A DNA stretch of 64,000 nt from Carcharhinus longimanus (Eukaryota): the NCBI GenBank assembly GCA_030264375.1, contig JASCQW010000098.1, forward strand, positions 78,917,065 through 78,981,064. The letters are read 5' to 3'. Below, piece after piece: positions 49,331-61,597 of this stretch (positions are counted from its first letter, which is position 1; the number at the start of each line of letters is the position of its first letter). The notes below the pieces were generated by a model. It had not been told where the DNA came from, did no database searches, and saw nothing but the letters and a program-made list of their open reading frames with translations. The position numbers and the translations under genes were made by a program.

Positions 49331-49929
49331 TTCCAATTGATGGAAGCAATATTCAGTATAACATGTTCTGTGTTGTGGTCAGGACGATATAGAAAATATT
49401 TATGCGATTAATTTATCCACTTTATTGCAAATGCTCCACACATTTAGGCATAATGCCTTAAGGCTTGTTTTTTTAACATTCCTTGTTCCATTTCCATTTT
49501 TATTGTAGTCCTATTTGATTCTGGCCCTTGATTTCGCTGCCTATCACATTTCTTATTTCCCTTTCCCTCTTTTGTTCTTGTGCCCCTGACTCCTTGCATA
49601 AATTCCTATCTCCCTGCCATTTTAGTTTAAACCCTCTCCAACCACTCTGGCAAATACACTCCCTAGGACATCAGTCCCTGTCCTGCCCAGGTGCAACCTG
49701 TCCAGTTTGTACTGGTCTTACCTCCCCTAGAAAATATGCTATACTTCCCTGTTTCCCAAAAGTCCCTTAATTTTTCATAACTCTGCTTAAAAATCTTATC
49801 TCAACCTTGCTGTTTTTCAAAATTGTATCTCTCTCTCTTTGTCCCATTTGATTTTGGATTTTCCAGTAGTGCATGAGAACTGTTTTCGCTGACCTCAGCA
49901 AGTTAACACATTGCTTTAGAAGAACATTA

Positions 49930-50780
49930 AAAAAATAGAATCTCAAGTAGGCAACTTATTCCTTCGAGCCTGCTCTACTACTCGATAAGATTATGGTTGA
50001 TTTGATTGTGGCTTTAATTCCACTTTCCTGACCCCACCTACCTGCCCCCTTGTGGATCAAAAATCTGTCTTATTGAGCCTGGATTTTATTCAGTGACTCA
50101 GTCTTCACTACTCTCTGTGAAAGAGAATTCCAATGACTAACAAAGAATAAATTCCTCCTCATTTCAGTCTTAACTCAGCAATCCTTTATTTTTAAACAGT
50201 GCCCTCTAATTTTAGATTCCCCACAAGGGAAAACATCTTTTTGGCACCTACCTTGTCAAAGCCCCTCAGAATCTCTCACGTTTCAATAAGATCACCTCTG
50301 GTTCTTTTAAACTCCACTAATATAGGCCCAACCTGCTCAACGTTTCTCAATAAAATGACCCCTTCATCTCAGAAATCTGCTTAGTGAGCCTTCTCTAAAC
50401 TGTTTCCAATGCAATTAGATCTGTCCATAAGCAAGGAGAACAAATAAATATCTGTACTCGGTATGGTCTCATCAACCCTCCATCCCCCTGCAGTAAAGGC
50501 CAACATTCCATTTGCTTTCCTAATTACTTGTATCTTAGTTATTTGTGAGTCATGTACAAGGATACCCAGATCTCTTTACATTGCAGAATTCCAGTCTCTT
50601 TCCCTTCATTCTACTTTTCCATTTTTTTCTTATACAAATTCACATTTTAACAAATTATATTTCCCCCTGCCCAATATTTGCCCATTCACCTAACTTGTAA
50701 GTCTTTTGTATTTTCCTCACTTATATTTGTATCATCAGCAAATTTTGCAACAATACTGTTAGTCCACTATCCAAATCATT
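49930..50780 (-). mobile_element. CR1-type LINE 3' fragment
   Basis: ccttcgagcctgctct...aaggccaacattccatttgctttcctaattacttg...gtatcatcagcaaatt (reverse of KFADDT). Confidence 0.85.
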
Positions 50781-51299
50781 AAGTAAAATCCTGATGAGTT
50801 GAACTTCAAGGGATCTGCCTGCAAATCTGTGTTAAGTGGAGCTTTGTGATAGCCTAAGTGGCCACTTTGCCACATTAATGCATCTCAATGGAACCTGATA
50901 TGCTTATAAATTCATATCAATGGGAAAAAAAATTGAAAAGCCAAATGAAAATATAGTAAAGAAGTAAATGTGAGATAAAGATCTATGTTCAAATTGTTCA
51001 CACCTTAGAACAGACTCTATGAAAGTCAGAGTTTTGCATTGTAAAATGCCAGGAGTTAGCTCCAGATAAACTAATTGTTTTCTGCTTAACATGCTGTTTT
51101 CAGACGCATGCCATGTCGTCCACCATAACATTAATGCAGTCAGGCAGATTCTCAGTATTTAGTGTTGCAATGCAAAATCCCTGAGCATCCCTTCAGCCTT
51201 TGCAGTATCACCTAGCGAAACGTAGGTAGGTATTCATCAGACTCTTTAGGATCATCAGCGTCCTCAGTTGAAGGAAGCATTGTATCTATAATGGCATCA

Positions 51300-52405
51300 T
51301 TTCAGTTCTGCCGTGCAGCACGTGGCATCTTTCCATCTGTGCACACGTTTCAACAGTTGGCTCTGCTGGAATTTTCATGCCAGCCTCCCACAGGCGATTG
51401 AAAATTGTCCCATCATTGTGATAATAGGTCTCAGGCTTCTCCTGGTTCTCCGCTCGTACGCAGTCGTAACCTGTTTAGACCTCGTGTGGTGGAAACAGTT
51501 AGCAATTATTGTTTCCTTCACCATCTTCCACACCACCTTCATGAACATGGCCTTTAGAACGGTTAGATTATACTCCTCTTTATCGATGGCCTCGATAACT
51601 TGAGAGATCAGCAGGTGTCAGTAGTTGTTTTTCAGGCTTCCAATTACCCCTAATCCATTGGCTGGAACTTAGCTGTGATGCTGAGAGGCAAGAGTATCAG
51701 TTTAATGTTCAAGGCTAACAATGTCAGGATGTGTGGAGCAACTATCTATAATGATGAAAAATCTTCTTGTCCACTTCCCAGAATTAAGCTTCAAAAATGC
51801 TGAAGGACATCGAAATAGTTTTGTTAGCCTCACACTGTGAAGGTAGCATCTTTTCATTCATGAAACAATGTTGCCTCTTGTAATTTCCTATCACAAGAAG
51901 TGGCAGCTTTTCCATGCCGTCCAAATTAACGCAGAGCAAAGCAGTGACATGTTCCTTGCCCCGCTTTCCACCATTACATTGTCACATTTAAATATCAAAG
52001 AGTTCTCTGGCAGAAGTTGGTAAATCGGTCCAGTTTAATTCCCATTAAAAATATATTGTGGTGCATACTCATTCAAGGAATGGGCGAGACTATTTTGAAG
52101 TCAATCATGTCATGTTACCACTGCTTACATCACAAAAGATGAAGCCGTGCCTTGCATGGTCCAGCCATTCATTGCTGAAGGTGAACAGCATCAGCCATCT
52201 TCTTCTTCTTCCTTGCTGCAGAGAATGCCCGTTTGTTGCACTATTTCAAGATGTTCACCTTGTGTTCCATAATGGTGGTCAAACACAATTGTGATGCTCC
52301 CACTCCTTCACTTTGTCCACTTCCTGCTTTGGGCCACTGTTTCCACTTGCTGCGTCAACTTCAACTTCTCTCTGATCGACAACACTTTTAACTTTCTGAC
52401 ATGCT
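51300..52405 (-). mobile_element. Tigger/pogo (CENP-B/TIGD-like) transposase relic, near full length
   Basis: Minus-strand fragments in order: RKLKVLSIREKLKL (HTH), FSNEWLD..RHGFIF, CNGGKRGKEHVTALLCVNLDGMEKLPLLVIG, IIDSCSTHP, LILLPLSITAKFQPMD*GVIGSLKNNY, VWKMVKETIIANCFHH (DDE_1); many lesions. Confidence 0.88.
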
Positions 52406-52539
52406 TATATACTCACTTATTTGTAGGTTTTGCACATCCCTTGACAGGGAGATCTCAATGTCAAGGTTGGCTTGCCCAACACTTCATGACTTTGCGTTTT
52501 GGTGTCATCCAACTCTGCTGATTGAATGGATGGATTGAT

Positions 52540-54280
52540 AACACAAATAGTGAGTCCGATATGACAGCCATTTCAAGTCTTTGACTGCAAAATAACTACG
52601 GCTGGGACCTGAATATTCAAGGACCAAGGAAAAAAATTAATGATGGGATCAGTAAGTGAGAAGTGATCTAGGCGTGGAGGGTCAAAATGTAGAATCAGTT
52701 TGGATGGAGATAAGAAAGGCAGTGGTAGTCATGATTTACAAACACACTGACAGTAGCTACACTGTGAGCAGGACATAAGAAATAAATGAGACTTTTAAGA
52801 AAGGGACTGCAATAATAGTGGGAGATTTTAATCTTCATATAGATTGGACAAGTCAAATGGCAATGGTAGCTATGGAGATTAGTTCATTGGTCATATGATG
52901 AAGGTTCACCTAGACTCAAAATATTGGCTCTATTTTCACCCCACAGATGCTGTCAGCTCCGCTGAGATTTTCCAGCATTTTCTGTTTTTGCTTCAGATTC
53001 CAGCATCCGCAGTATTTTGCTTTTATCTCAGAGTCAAAGGGTAATTGTGTTAGGTATGTTTATTTGAGTTCTTTGAGGATGTAACAAGCAGGGTGGATAA
53101 AGTAGTATCAGATGTGGTGTATTTCAATTTCCAAGAGGCAGTTGATAAAATGCCACATAAGAGATTGTGATCTTGGGCATGATCTAGTAGTGAATAGAGG
53201 ATTGGTTAATGCAGAGGAAACAGACAGTTGGGATAAATGAATCATTTTTAGGTTGGCAAATTATAACCAGTCCAGTGCACAGCAACTGGTGCTGGTGTTT
53301 CAACAATTTACAATTTACAATCTATCTTAATGACTGATGGGACCAACTTTTTGAAGACATATTTGCTGTTGATACAAACATAGGTAGGAAAGCAAGTTGT
53401 GAGGATGATATGTAGAGTTTGCAAAGGGATATGAATAGGTTAAGTGGGGGAGTCATATTTGGCTGCATAATATGGGGAAAAAGTGAGGTTGTCTACTTTG
53501 GCAGAAATAAAGGAAAAGCAGAATATTATTTAAATGGAGAAAGACTGCAGATGGATGTAAGTAGCCTTATAACTGAATTACAAAAGGTCCGTAGGCATGT
53601 ACAGCAAGTAATTAGGAAGGCAAATGGAATGTTAGCCTTTATTGCAAGGGAAATGAAGTATTAAAGAGGGATTTTTTGCTATAATTATACAGGGCATTGG
53701 TGAGATTTTGAGTGCTCAGTGCAGTTTTGTTCTCCTTATTTAAAAGATATACTTGTATTGGAAGTAGTTTTGAAAAGGCTCAGTTAGCTGATTCCTGGAT
53801 TTAAGGTTTGATATGTGAGGAAAGATTGCGGAAGTAGGGTCTTTACTCTTTAGGGCTTCGAAAAATGAGAGGTGAACTGAAACTGAAGATTCTGAAACAT
53901 AGAAGATTCTAAGGGGCTTAACAGGGCAGAAGCTTAGAGGATATTTCCTTTCAATAGGGATTCCAGAACTAGGGAGCACAGTTTAAAAATAAGGCATTTC
54001 CTATTTAAGATGGAGATGAGGGGCAACTTTTTCTCTCTTCAGATCATTACTAATCTTTGGAATTCTCTCTCTCAGTAGAGGATTGATCATTAGTACATTT
54101 AGGGCTGAGTTAGACCAAATTTTTGACTGTCAAGAATCAAAGATTATTGGTGGTGGGGGGAGGAGCGGTAGGTGAAATAGTGGAGATAAGGCCACAATCA
54201 GATTAGCCACAATCTTATTGAATGGTAGAGCAAGTTTAATGAGCCAAATGGCCACCTTCTGCTCCTATTTTTTATGATCT
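52540..54280 (+). mobile_element. CR1-type LINE ORF2 relic (endonuclease and RT, internally deleted)
   Basis: WDLNIQG, VESVWMEIR, IIVGDFNLHIDW, FFEDVTSRVD, QQVIRKANGMLAFIAR; tail gagccaaatggcc.ccttctgctcctat; palindromic repeat inserted at 52895-53025. Confidence 0.88.
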
Positions 54281-57056
54281 TAGGACAAAAATCAATTGAA
54301 TCCAGGGCATTAGGAACAGAGCATGAGAGTGGATTAATTTATCCTTTGTCTCAGATGAGGTGCGTCTTCAGATATAGCTAAGTTTGGGAGCTCATCCACT
54401 GGGAACTCACATTCTGTTCTCAGAGAGCATTGACAGCAACTCTTAGAAGTTAGAATTAAGTGCATGAAGGGATTGATTCAAAACTTGGCCCATTAGGGAA
54501 AAGACGCAGTAAACATGCTACTTGTTTCAAAATGATGGAAATGTGCAGTGTACCAGCACAAATGTAATGTTTGTGAACAAAGGTCAAATGTCTGAAATAT
54601 TGTTGGCAGATTATTAAAGTTTCCTTTCACTCCAGATGTTTGAAATCATAGTTGGCCAACTGCTGGTGGTAAAATCCTGCTTGACTGTGGATCTGATTGT
54701 TAAAAGTCCCCTGAGACAGCTTAAGATAAATTGCTGGTTTAAAAAAATTAAAAATAACTGCAGCTTTTGTTAGTCCCAATTGCTGTGTTCCCACAATCCA
54801 ATTTGCTGGGAAAATCATTCCCTTTCGAAGCTCTCTGTACAGTGTTAGTTGACTGTTGGAATTCAGCCATGACTGCCAATGTCATTAGTTTAGTGTTTAA
54901 AAAATGTTTGCTACGTTTTAAGGAAACATTCCATCATAAATGGGGTCCAGACACAAATACCTTAATACCAATTTGTACATAAGCATATATAATTGAGTGT
55001 AGAATAGCTTGAGGACAATTGCTACAAAACATAACCACAAATCATCTTCCATTGCTATGTTCACTTTGTATGCTGTCTTCATACTGTGTTTAATACCAAC
55101 TCTGTGTTCAATCAGAATATTATCATTTTCCTCATTGCATTGCCACTTTTGAAAATCAGAAACAATGATTTTGAAGGGCACACTGCTAAATATTTTTATT
55201 TTTAACAATTAAATGAACATCTTTTAAATAGGCCATTAGAGGACCTGTTGCAAGAGGTTGTTATGCAGAAGTTATTTTTTCCCTCTAATCGATTAAGAAA
55301 GACTCCACAAATGAGCTGATGCCTCAATGTTACGAATTCAATGGGTTATACCTTATTACCTTTAAAACAAATAGGCAAGTATAGGAACTAGCAAGTACAG
55401 AATTTGAATGAGCAGTGGCAGCAGGGGAGGGGAGGTGGTAGTAGGGTGCTTTGAAGGGGTACATCCGATTCAATATGCTTCTTTGTTAGGAATCCAGTTA
55501 TCAGTCATGCTTGTAAACCCTACGGGATAGTGCTGGATGACAGCTTTAAACAGTATGAATAAAAAGAAGCAATGGAGAGGAATATTAAGCACATAGACGC
55601 ATCTCCAGCCATCACGCATTTGGTTCCCGACCAGGTAGCCTTTTGCTCTGAATCCTGTCTGGCCAGTTAATATTTGAAGTCTGCAATCTTCTCTTGGAAA
55701 GATTCCCAGCATGATGATTAAATGGAGGAGGAAGAAGAAAGGGAGGGGTAGAGGAGGGGATAGGAGCACTTTCTGGACTGTTGACTGATAATACAGCCTC
55801 GCAAGCAATGGCCTACCTGTCCAAATTTGGCAGATCAAATTGGGAACTCAGGAAGAATAAAATTTTTACCTGGAATTATTTTCTGATTCACAAAGAATAA
55901 TAATTCCTGAAACAGTAACCAGAACAGTAAAGAAAAGGAACAAGTCACTTGGAGTGAAGAACTAGGAACACACATAAAGGAATACATATATTACACTTTT
56001 AAAAATCCAAAATGTTGCTCTACCACATCAATTCTTTATACATAGACTGTATACCAACAGTATATAAAATATTACTGTAATCTTTGCTGGCAGAATAGAT
56101 GATTTGCTTATGGTGAATCCCAATTATCAACCTTTTTGCCTTTTATATCACAGACATTCATTCCATCCATTCTTCACTGCAACAAGTATAAATTTCTACC
56201 CATGACAACTTTGCCATTTTGATCTCTGTGCCATGTATTTAGTTTATAATATATTGGCATTTCTACTAGCATTGTGTTTTTTCTTATTTCAACTTTGGGA
56301 TGCCAGGGGTGATCTATTAACTTTATTTTAGAAAATATTTTATGATTTTTATTCTACTTAATGGGCAGAATTGGGAGCAGTGTAGAATCAAAGAGAAGGT
56401 GAAAGAATGGACTAGAGAAAAGGGGAAGATTGATGTGAGGAAGGTTGGTGTGATGAAGGGGATTGGCTAAGATGTAAGTGATCCATGGTCGCACCATGAG
56501 CAGCTTGCTAATCTTTTCAGATTGCCCATTCTCCCTCCGATTCAATCAGGGGGCAGGAAGCGTTGAGGATGGCCTTCCTGTCTGGAAGCCCTTTGAGGTC
56601 TTAAGTGGGCATTGCAGAATTAGAAATTTGCTCTGATTTTTGGACGCAGTTTACGTGATTTCCATTGTGCCCATGCCTGTTCAGATTGAGATGGGTAACA
56701 GGCAACATGAAATCAGAAGTGGGATCGTTCGCTGATGACTGTACAGTGTACTGTACCATTAGCAACTCCTCATGCTGCATGCCTCAAGACTTGGGCAACA
56801 TTCAGGCTTGGGCAGATAGGTGGCAAATAAATTTATGATAGGCAATAAACATCCTCAACAAGAGAGAATGTAACCCATGGAGGATGAAAGAATCGTCCCA
56901 TCTAAACACTCAGCTTGCCTGCAATCTGAGAGGTTCAGCAAGCTGATAATGGTGTGACCATGGACCTCTTACATCTTAGCCAACTCCCTTCTTCACAAAA
57001 ATCTTCCCCTTTTTTTCTAGTATTTGCTTTCTGGCACACATGAACTGAGTTTAAGT

Positions 57057-57347
57057 TTATTTTAGTGTCTCAAGTAGACTTACATTAACACTGCAATGAA
57101 GTTTCTGTGAAAATCCCCTAGTCGCTACACTCTGACGCTTGTTCGGGAACACTGAAGGAGAATTTGGCATGGTCAATGCATGTAACCAGCATGTCTTTTG
57201 TACTGTAGGAGGAAAGCGGAGTACCCAGAGGAAACCCATACAGACAAGGGGAGAATGTCTCTGCAGAGTTTGCACAATGACCCAAGCTGGGAATCGAACC
57301 CAGGTTCCTGGTGCTGTGGGGCATCAGTGCTAACCACTGTGCCACCC
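57057..57347 (-). mobile_element. HE1-type V-SINE, alternative-tail subfamily
   Basis: tttattttagtgtctcaagtagacttacattaacactgcaatgaag...gggaatcgaacccaggttcctggtgctgtg...gtgccaccc. Confidence 0.88.
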
Positions 57348-57981
57348 TGCTGGTCAGAGGAGCCCCAGAAAGAGGAAGGAGAGCTACAGTTCAACAGTGA
57401 ATAGGCCCAATAATGTGATGTAACACTCACAGGTCCATCTTTCTGTTGTATTGCAGACAGAAACTTTGGGTGGGATGTTATGGCCTCGCTCTTCCGGAAA
57501 CCAGAAATTCCTGTCCAAGGTCAACAGACTTTCCCATTATTTGCCCCTCGACCGCTCCAATTCCCATACCTGTTGCAGCTTTTGTGCGGTTGGGACACCA
57601 TCTCCTTGAGGATGTTGCAATATTTTCTAGTTGGGTGGGATTGTAGTCAGTATAGACTTATGGGCCGAATGGCCTCCTTCTACACTGTAGGGATTCTATG
57701 GATCTCACCAAACACATCTCCAAAACTTCTGAACTATCTTTAGGCTCTTCCACAGGAAATGTTCCAAAAATGTACTTCCCTGTAATCAGGGTGCCCATCC
57801 CTTTAAATAATGCTACAGCAAGGCCCCTCGTGCTTCTTTTTCAGAATTGGCAATGCAGGTATTGCCAGTATATGTGTTGTCCCAAATGAAAGCATTGCAG
57901 ATGCTGGAAATCTGAAGTAAAAACAGAGAATGCTGGAAATATCATGTCAGACAACATCCATGGAGAGAGAAACAGAGTTAA

Positions 57982-58107
57982 TGGGTGGAATTTGCCGGCG
58001 GTGCTTATCCTGAAAGCGAAAAATCCTGCCCAAGCTCAAAAGATCTTTCCATAGTCTGCCCCTTGCCACTTTGATTCCCGTGGTGGGCGGAACGGGAAAA
58101 TTCGCCC
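57982..58107. mobile_element. Short non-autonomous DNA transposon (MITE, Harbinger-like); partial sister copy at 57467-57580
   Basis: Imperfect terminal inverted repeats gggtggaattt ... aaaattcgccc; internal sequence shared with 57467-57580. Confidence 0.55.
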
Positions 58108-58229
58108 TGATGTTTAAGATTAGAACTGAGAAAATACAGAAATGTAATCGAAATTTGGGAAAGCTAAACGGAGCATTTTCAAATTGGCAGGCCATAATTA
58201 GTGGAGTACCAGCATTTAAGGTTCAGTAC

Positions 58230-58523
58230 TAACAATCTTGACCAATGACTTAGATAAGGAGAGAGAGTAACGAATACAAAGTTAGGTGAGAAGGTAAGCT
58301 TTGGAGAGAACAGAAAGGATGCAAAGTGATATAGACAAGTTAAGTGAGTGGGCAATGAGATGGCCGATTAAACATAATGCAAGGAAGTGTGAAGATTCAC
58401 TTTGGTTAAGAATAAAAAAGCAGAACATTTTTTAAAAGGTGTGAAACTTGTAAATGTTGATGTTCAGAGAGATTTGGTTACAAGGAATACAGAAAGTTAG
58501 CATGCAGGATACAGCAAGCAATT
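58230..58523 (+). mobile_element. CR1 RT fragment
   Basis: aatgacttagat...gatatagacaagttaagtgagtgggca...aagtgtga...tacagcaagcaatt. Confidence 0.75.
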
Positions 58524-58959
58524 TCAAATGAAAATTAGGACAACTGGTCCAGTTAAACTTGTCCCAGTTGGCTGGGCACACTTGTTTCTAGTTGGGGCTA
58601 GTTAACTCTGCTGCAGCTGCCCCTAGCCTACTTTGGGACCAGTTAGACTGGCTAAAACTCCTGGTCAGCTGGTTCCATTTGAGACTAGCTAAATATTCAA
58701 AACTTGTGAAAGGGAAAATCTAAAACAAATTCACCTGCTACATTCACATAAGTACCACTAATAAGTGTAAAAAAAAGGTGTCTGTTTGCGCTGAGGGGTC
58801 AGTGAATCATAAAACACTCTTGATTGGGCTGTGCTGCAAATTTCAAATTTTGTGATGCAGAAAAGCACAAACCATGTGAAACAAAAACTAAATAAATGGC
58901 GGAGATCAAAAAAAAACAATGTAGAATGTTAAATTACAGCTATCATAGCACCAAACTTA

Positions 58960-61332
58960 AACAGTATTTACATCACTGAATCGGGATACTTCCTTTGATT
59001 TCAATCTTCTGTTTTTCTCCGAGATGCTAAGACTCTTGATTTCCCTGTAATGAAAGAAATAAGCACAGAAGCCAGAAAACAGTTAATCATGTAAAGTGCA
59101 CAAACCAAAAACAGTCATAATGCAGAAATGTTAAACTGCAGCTGTTCATCAAAACACAGAACTTAAGCATTAGGCACAAGATGGGTTGCTGGATTTCTTT
59201 TTGAGGTCCTGGATTTTCTCAGAGATTTAATTGTTCATTTTAGCAAGCTCTTTCTCAAAACCCTGTTTACTCAGACTCTGGTGTTAGAGGTGGCGGGTGA
59301 AACATGTTGTAAATAAGAGAAAAAGTTTAAGCTTGAAATTAAAAGTTCGGGTGACAAGAAGCCTCCAAGTCAACCTCCTGTCGTATGAAATTCAATCTTC
59401 TATGCTGCCTGCAACAAAATAGCCTTTGAAAAGCTCACTATTTATCCTTCTTACAGTTCATCCCCTTGAAAGAGGTTGCTGCCTGTGATAAAACAGCTTG
59501 GAGGCACCCCCATTTGTTAACTTACTGCTTCTTAGCAGTTCATCCCCATGGCAACCCTAGGTCATCTGAGCCAGGCTTGGGACCTAAGGGTGTCATAATT
59601 AGGAAAACAATTAACTCCTTCTCAATACTCCGACAAAGAGGACATTGCATCTCACAAAGATAAAACACGCCTTTCATATGGTTACCTTTGATAGCATTTA
59701 ACTCCTCTGGTGAGAGTGAAGGCTTTGCAGTGCCTCCAGCTTTGACAAATTGTGGACACACCCTCCCACCGACAGACCTGTTCCTCAGTTGTTTGGGTCC
59801 CTAGATGACAATAGTCAAGCTCTGGATGAATAATGAATTTGACTTGGGCTGGGTGCTTTATTCCACTCTCTCTCTGTTGTCTCAATACCACCTGACAGTT
59901 GTACCTGTAAGTACAATCAGCAACATATTTAGCATCCTACATATAAAATTGGAATATATTGCAGAACGAGGTTAATGGCAGATGTTATGTCAGGTTATTC
60001 AATAGTTCAATCACACTCAATGAATAGCAATGGAGACAAATCTGATGCTGCACCTACTGTCATAATAATACATCTTTGCTGAAAACAACAATCAACATCA
60101 TGTATTTTTTAAATTAATCGTAAGAATCATGATCTTGCCATCAATTGCAGAGTACAACAACTTACTGGCCTCATTGTCCTCCATCTTGGGGGACTTGTTG
60201 ACTCTGCCTGAGTTGTGTTGGGGTGCAGGCATGTTCGACACTGCTCACGTTATGATGAAGGTGCATCACCTTGCCTGAGATTGTCCAACCTTCTTGCTGC
60301 AATGTGATGAAAACTAATTGGCATCATTCATATATCAGACTTGGGAAGCCATTCACGCAACTCCAATTTAATCTATTGTCTTCTTCCGATCAAAAGGAGC
60401 TGTATTTATCATCGAAAGAGGCGTACCACGTGTGTTAAGGTAACAGTTGTATCTCACCTATTTTTGACAGTTCAACTTCAAGCTGTAGCTTGAAATTCAT
60501 AGCCTCCAGATTCTCCACTTTCTTTCCCAGATTCGCTACCTTTCGGGGGGGCTGCCCTCTCTTCTTTGAGCTTCTTGGTTATTTTCTTCCCTTGGGACGG
60601 GGAAGGTAGATGGTCAGAGAGGCAAGGCTCAGAAGTTTTCATCTTCAGCTGCTTCTTCTTGGATTTATTATCCTNNNNNNNNNNNNNNNNNNNNNNNNNN
60701 NNNNNNNNNNNNNNNNNNNNNNNNNNNNNNNNNNNNNNNNNNNNNNNNNNNNNNNNNNNNNNNNNNNNNNNNNNTTTGACAACAAGGTGGACCGACACCT
60801 GTGGATTAAAAGAGACAAAACATTAACATGTAATATTACATTTCCAGTGTCATCCCGAGGCTCTGACCCTTTTTAATACCGTCTACTATAACCCTCCATC
60901 CCTGTTTTGCTCATGTGTCTAAGTAAACCTTAAACAAGTCCAATGTGCCTGCCTCCACCACCTTACTTGGTAGCGCATTCCATACCCCCACGGCACTCTG
61001 CGTGTATTAGGATGTTCCTCCAGATAATGGAATTCTGAACTGGATGCACAACTGGAATGCCTGTTTGACCAATTAATGAGCTGGCAAGTCATTATGTACA
61101 ACACCATATGGGGACAAGACTTCCTCTGTTGGCTATTTTTGGTGAAACTGTAAACATATTCCCAAGGCAATTAAAGTCTGCAAGGCATCTGTGTTGGTTG
61201 CCTCAGCACTGGAAGAGGCTATGAAAATAGTTCCACTCATTTGCGCACTCTCAACCAAATATCCAAAGCACCAATATAAAGCCAAAAGTAATAGAATAAA
61301 TATACTTACTGATCAACAGCCATGTTTATCAT
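58960..61332 (-). pseudogene. Decayed multi-exon coiled-coil + BEN-domain (BEND5/BEND6-like) gene
   Basis: Exon 59904-59686 (ttacag|...G|gtaacc) reads VQLSGGIETTEREWNKA/.NSLFIQSLTIVI*GPKQLRNRSVGGRVCPQFVKAGGTAKPSLSPEELNAIK with one frameshift and a TGG>TAG change. An upstream exon ending at 60458 (G|gtgaga) gives a coiled coil KVANLGKKVENLEAMNFKLQLEVELSKI. Further small exon-like units at 60296-60166, 60078 and 59044. Confidence 0.7.
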
Positions 61333-61597
61333 CTCAATAAAACACGCTAGACAAACAAAGCCCAGTGCGTACCAAAACCAAATCTTAAAAATAACAGGCA
61401 CATTGACATGAATCAACATGGTGGGGTGGCACTTCATGCTTTATGATGGCCCTTATAAGCTGTATTTTATCCCTCTAGCATTCAATTACTTTCTATATGG
61501 CAAATATATTTTGGTGAATGGTATTTAGACAAACACTTAACTCACTTGCTTCTGGAGTTATTGCATCAGTTTATTAAGATAATTTCAACTGTTCACG

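Noticed and set aside
55470-55838. 122-aa minus-strand ORF in unique sequence
   Set aside because: No recognisable motif or splice support.
58977-61323. In-phase chain MAVDQ|YNCQVVLRQ...|EIKSLS... as an alternative STARD13 N-terminus
   Set aside because: The final donor needed for phase 1 (A|gtgatg) is weak, and the same exons are better explained in another frame as a BEN-domain relic.
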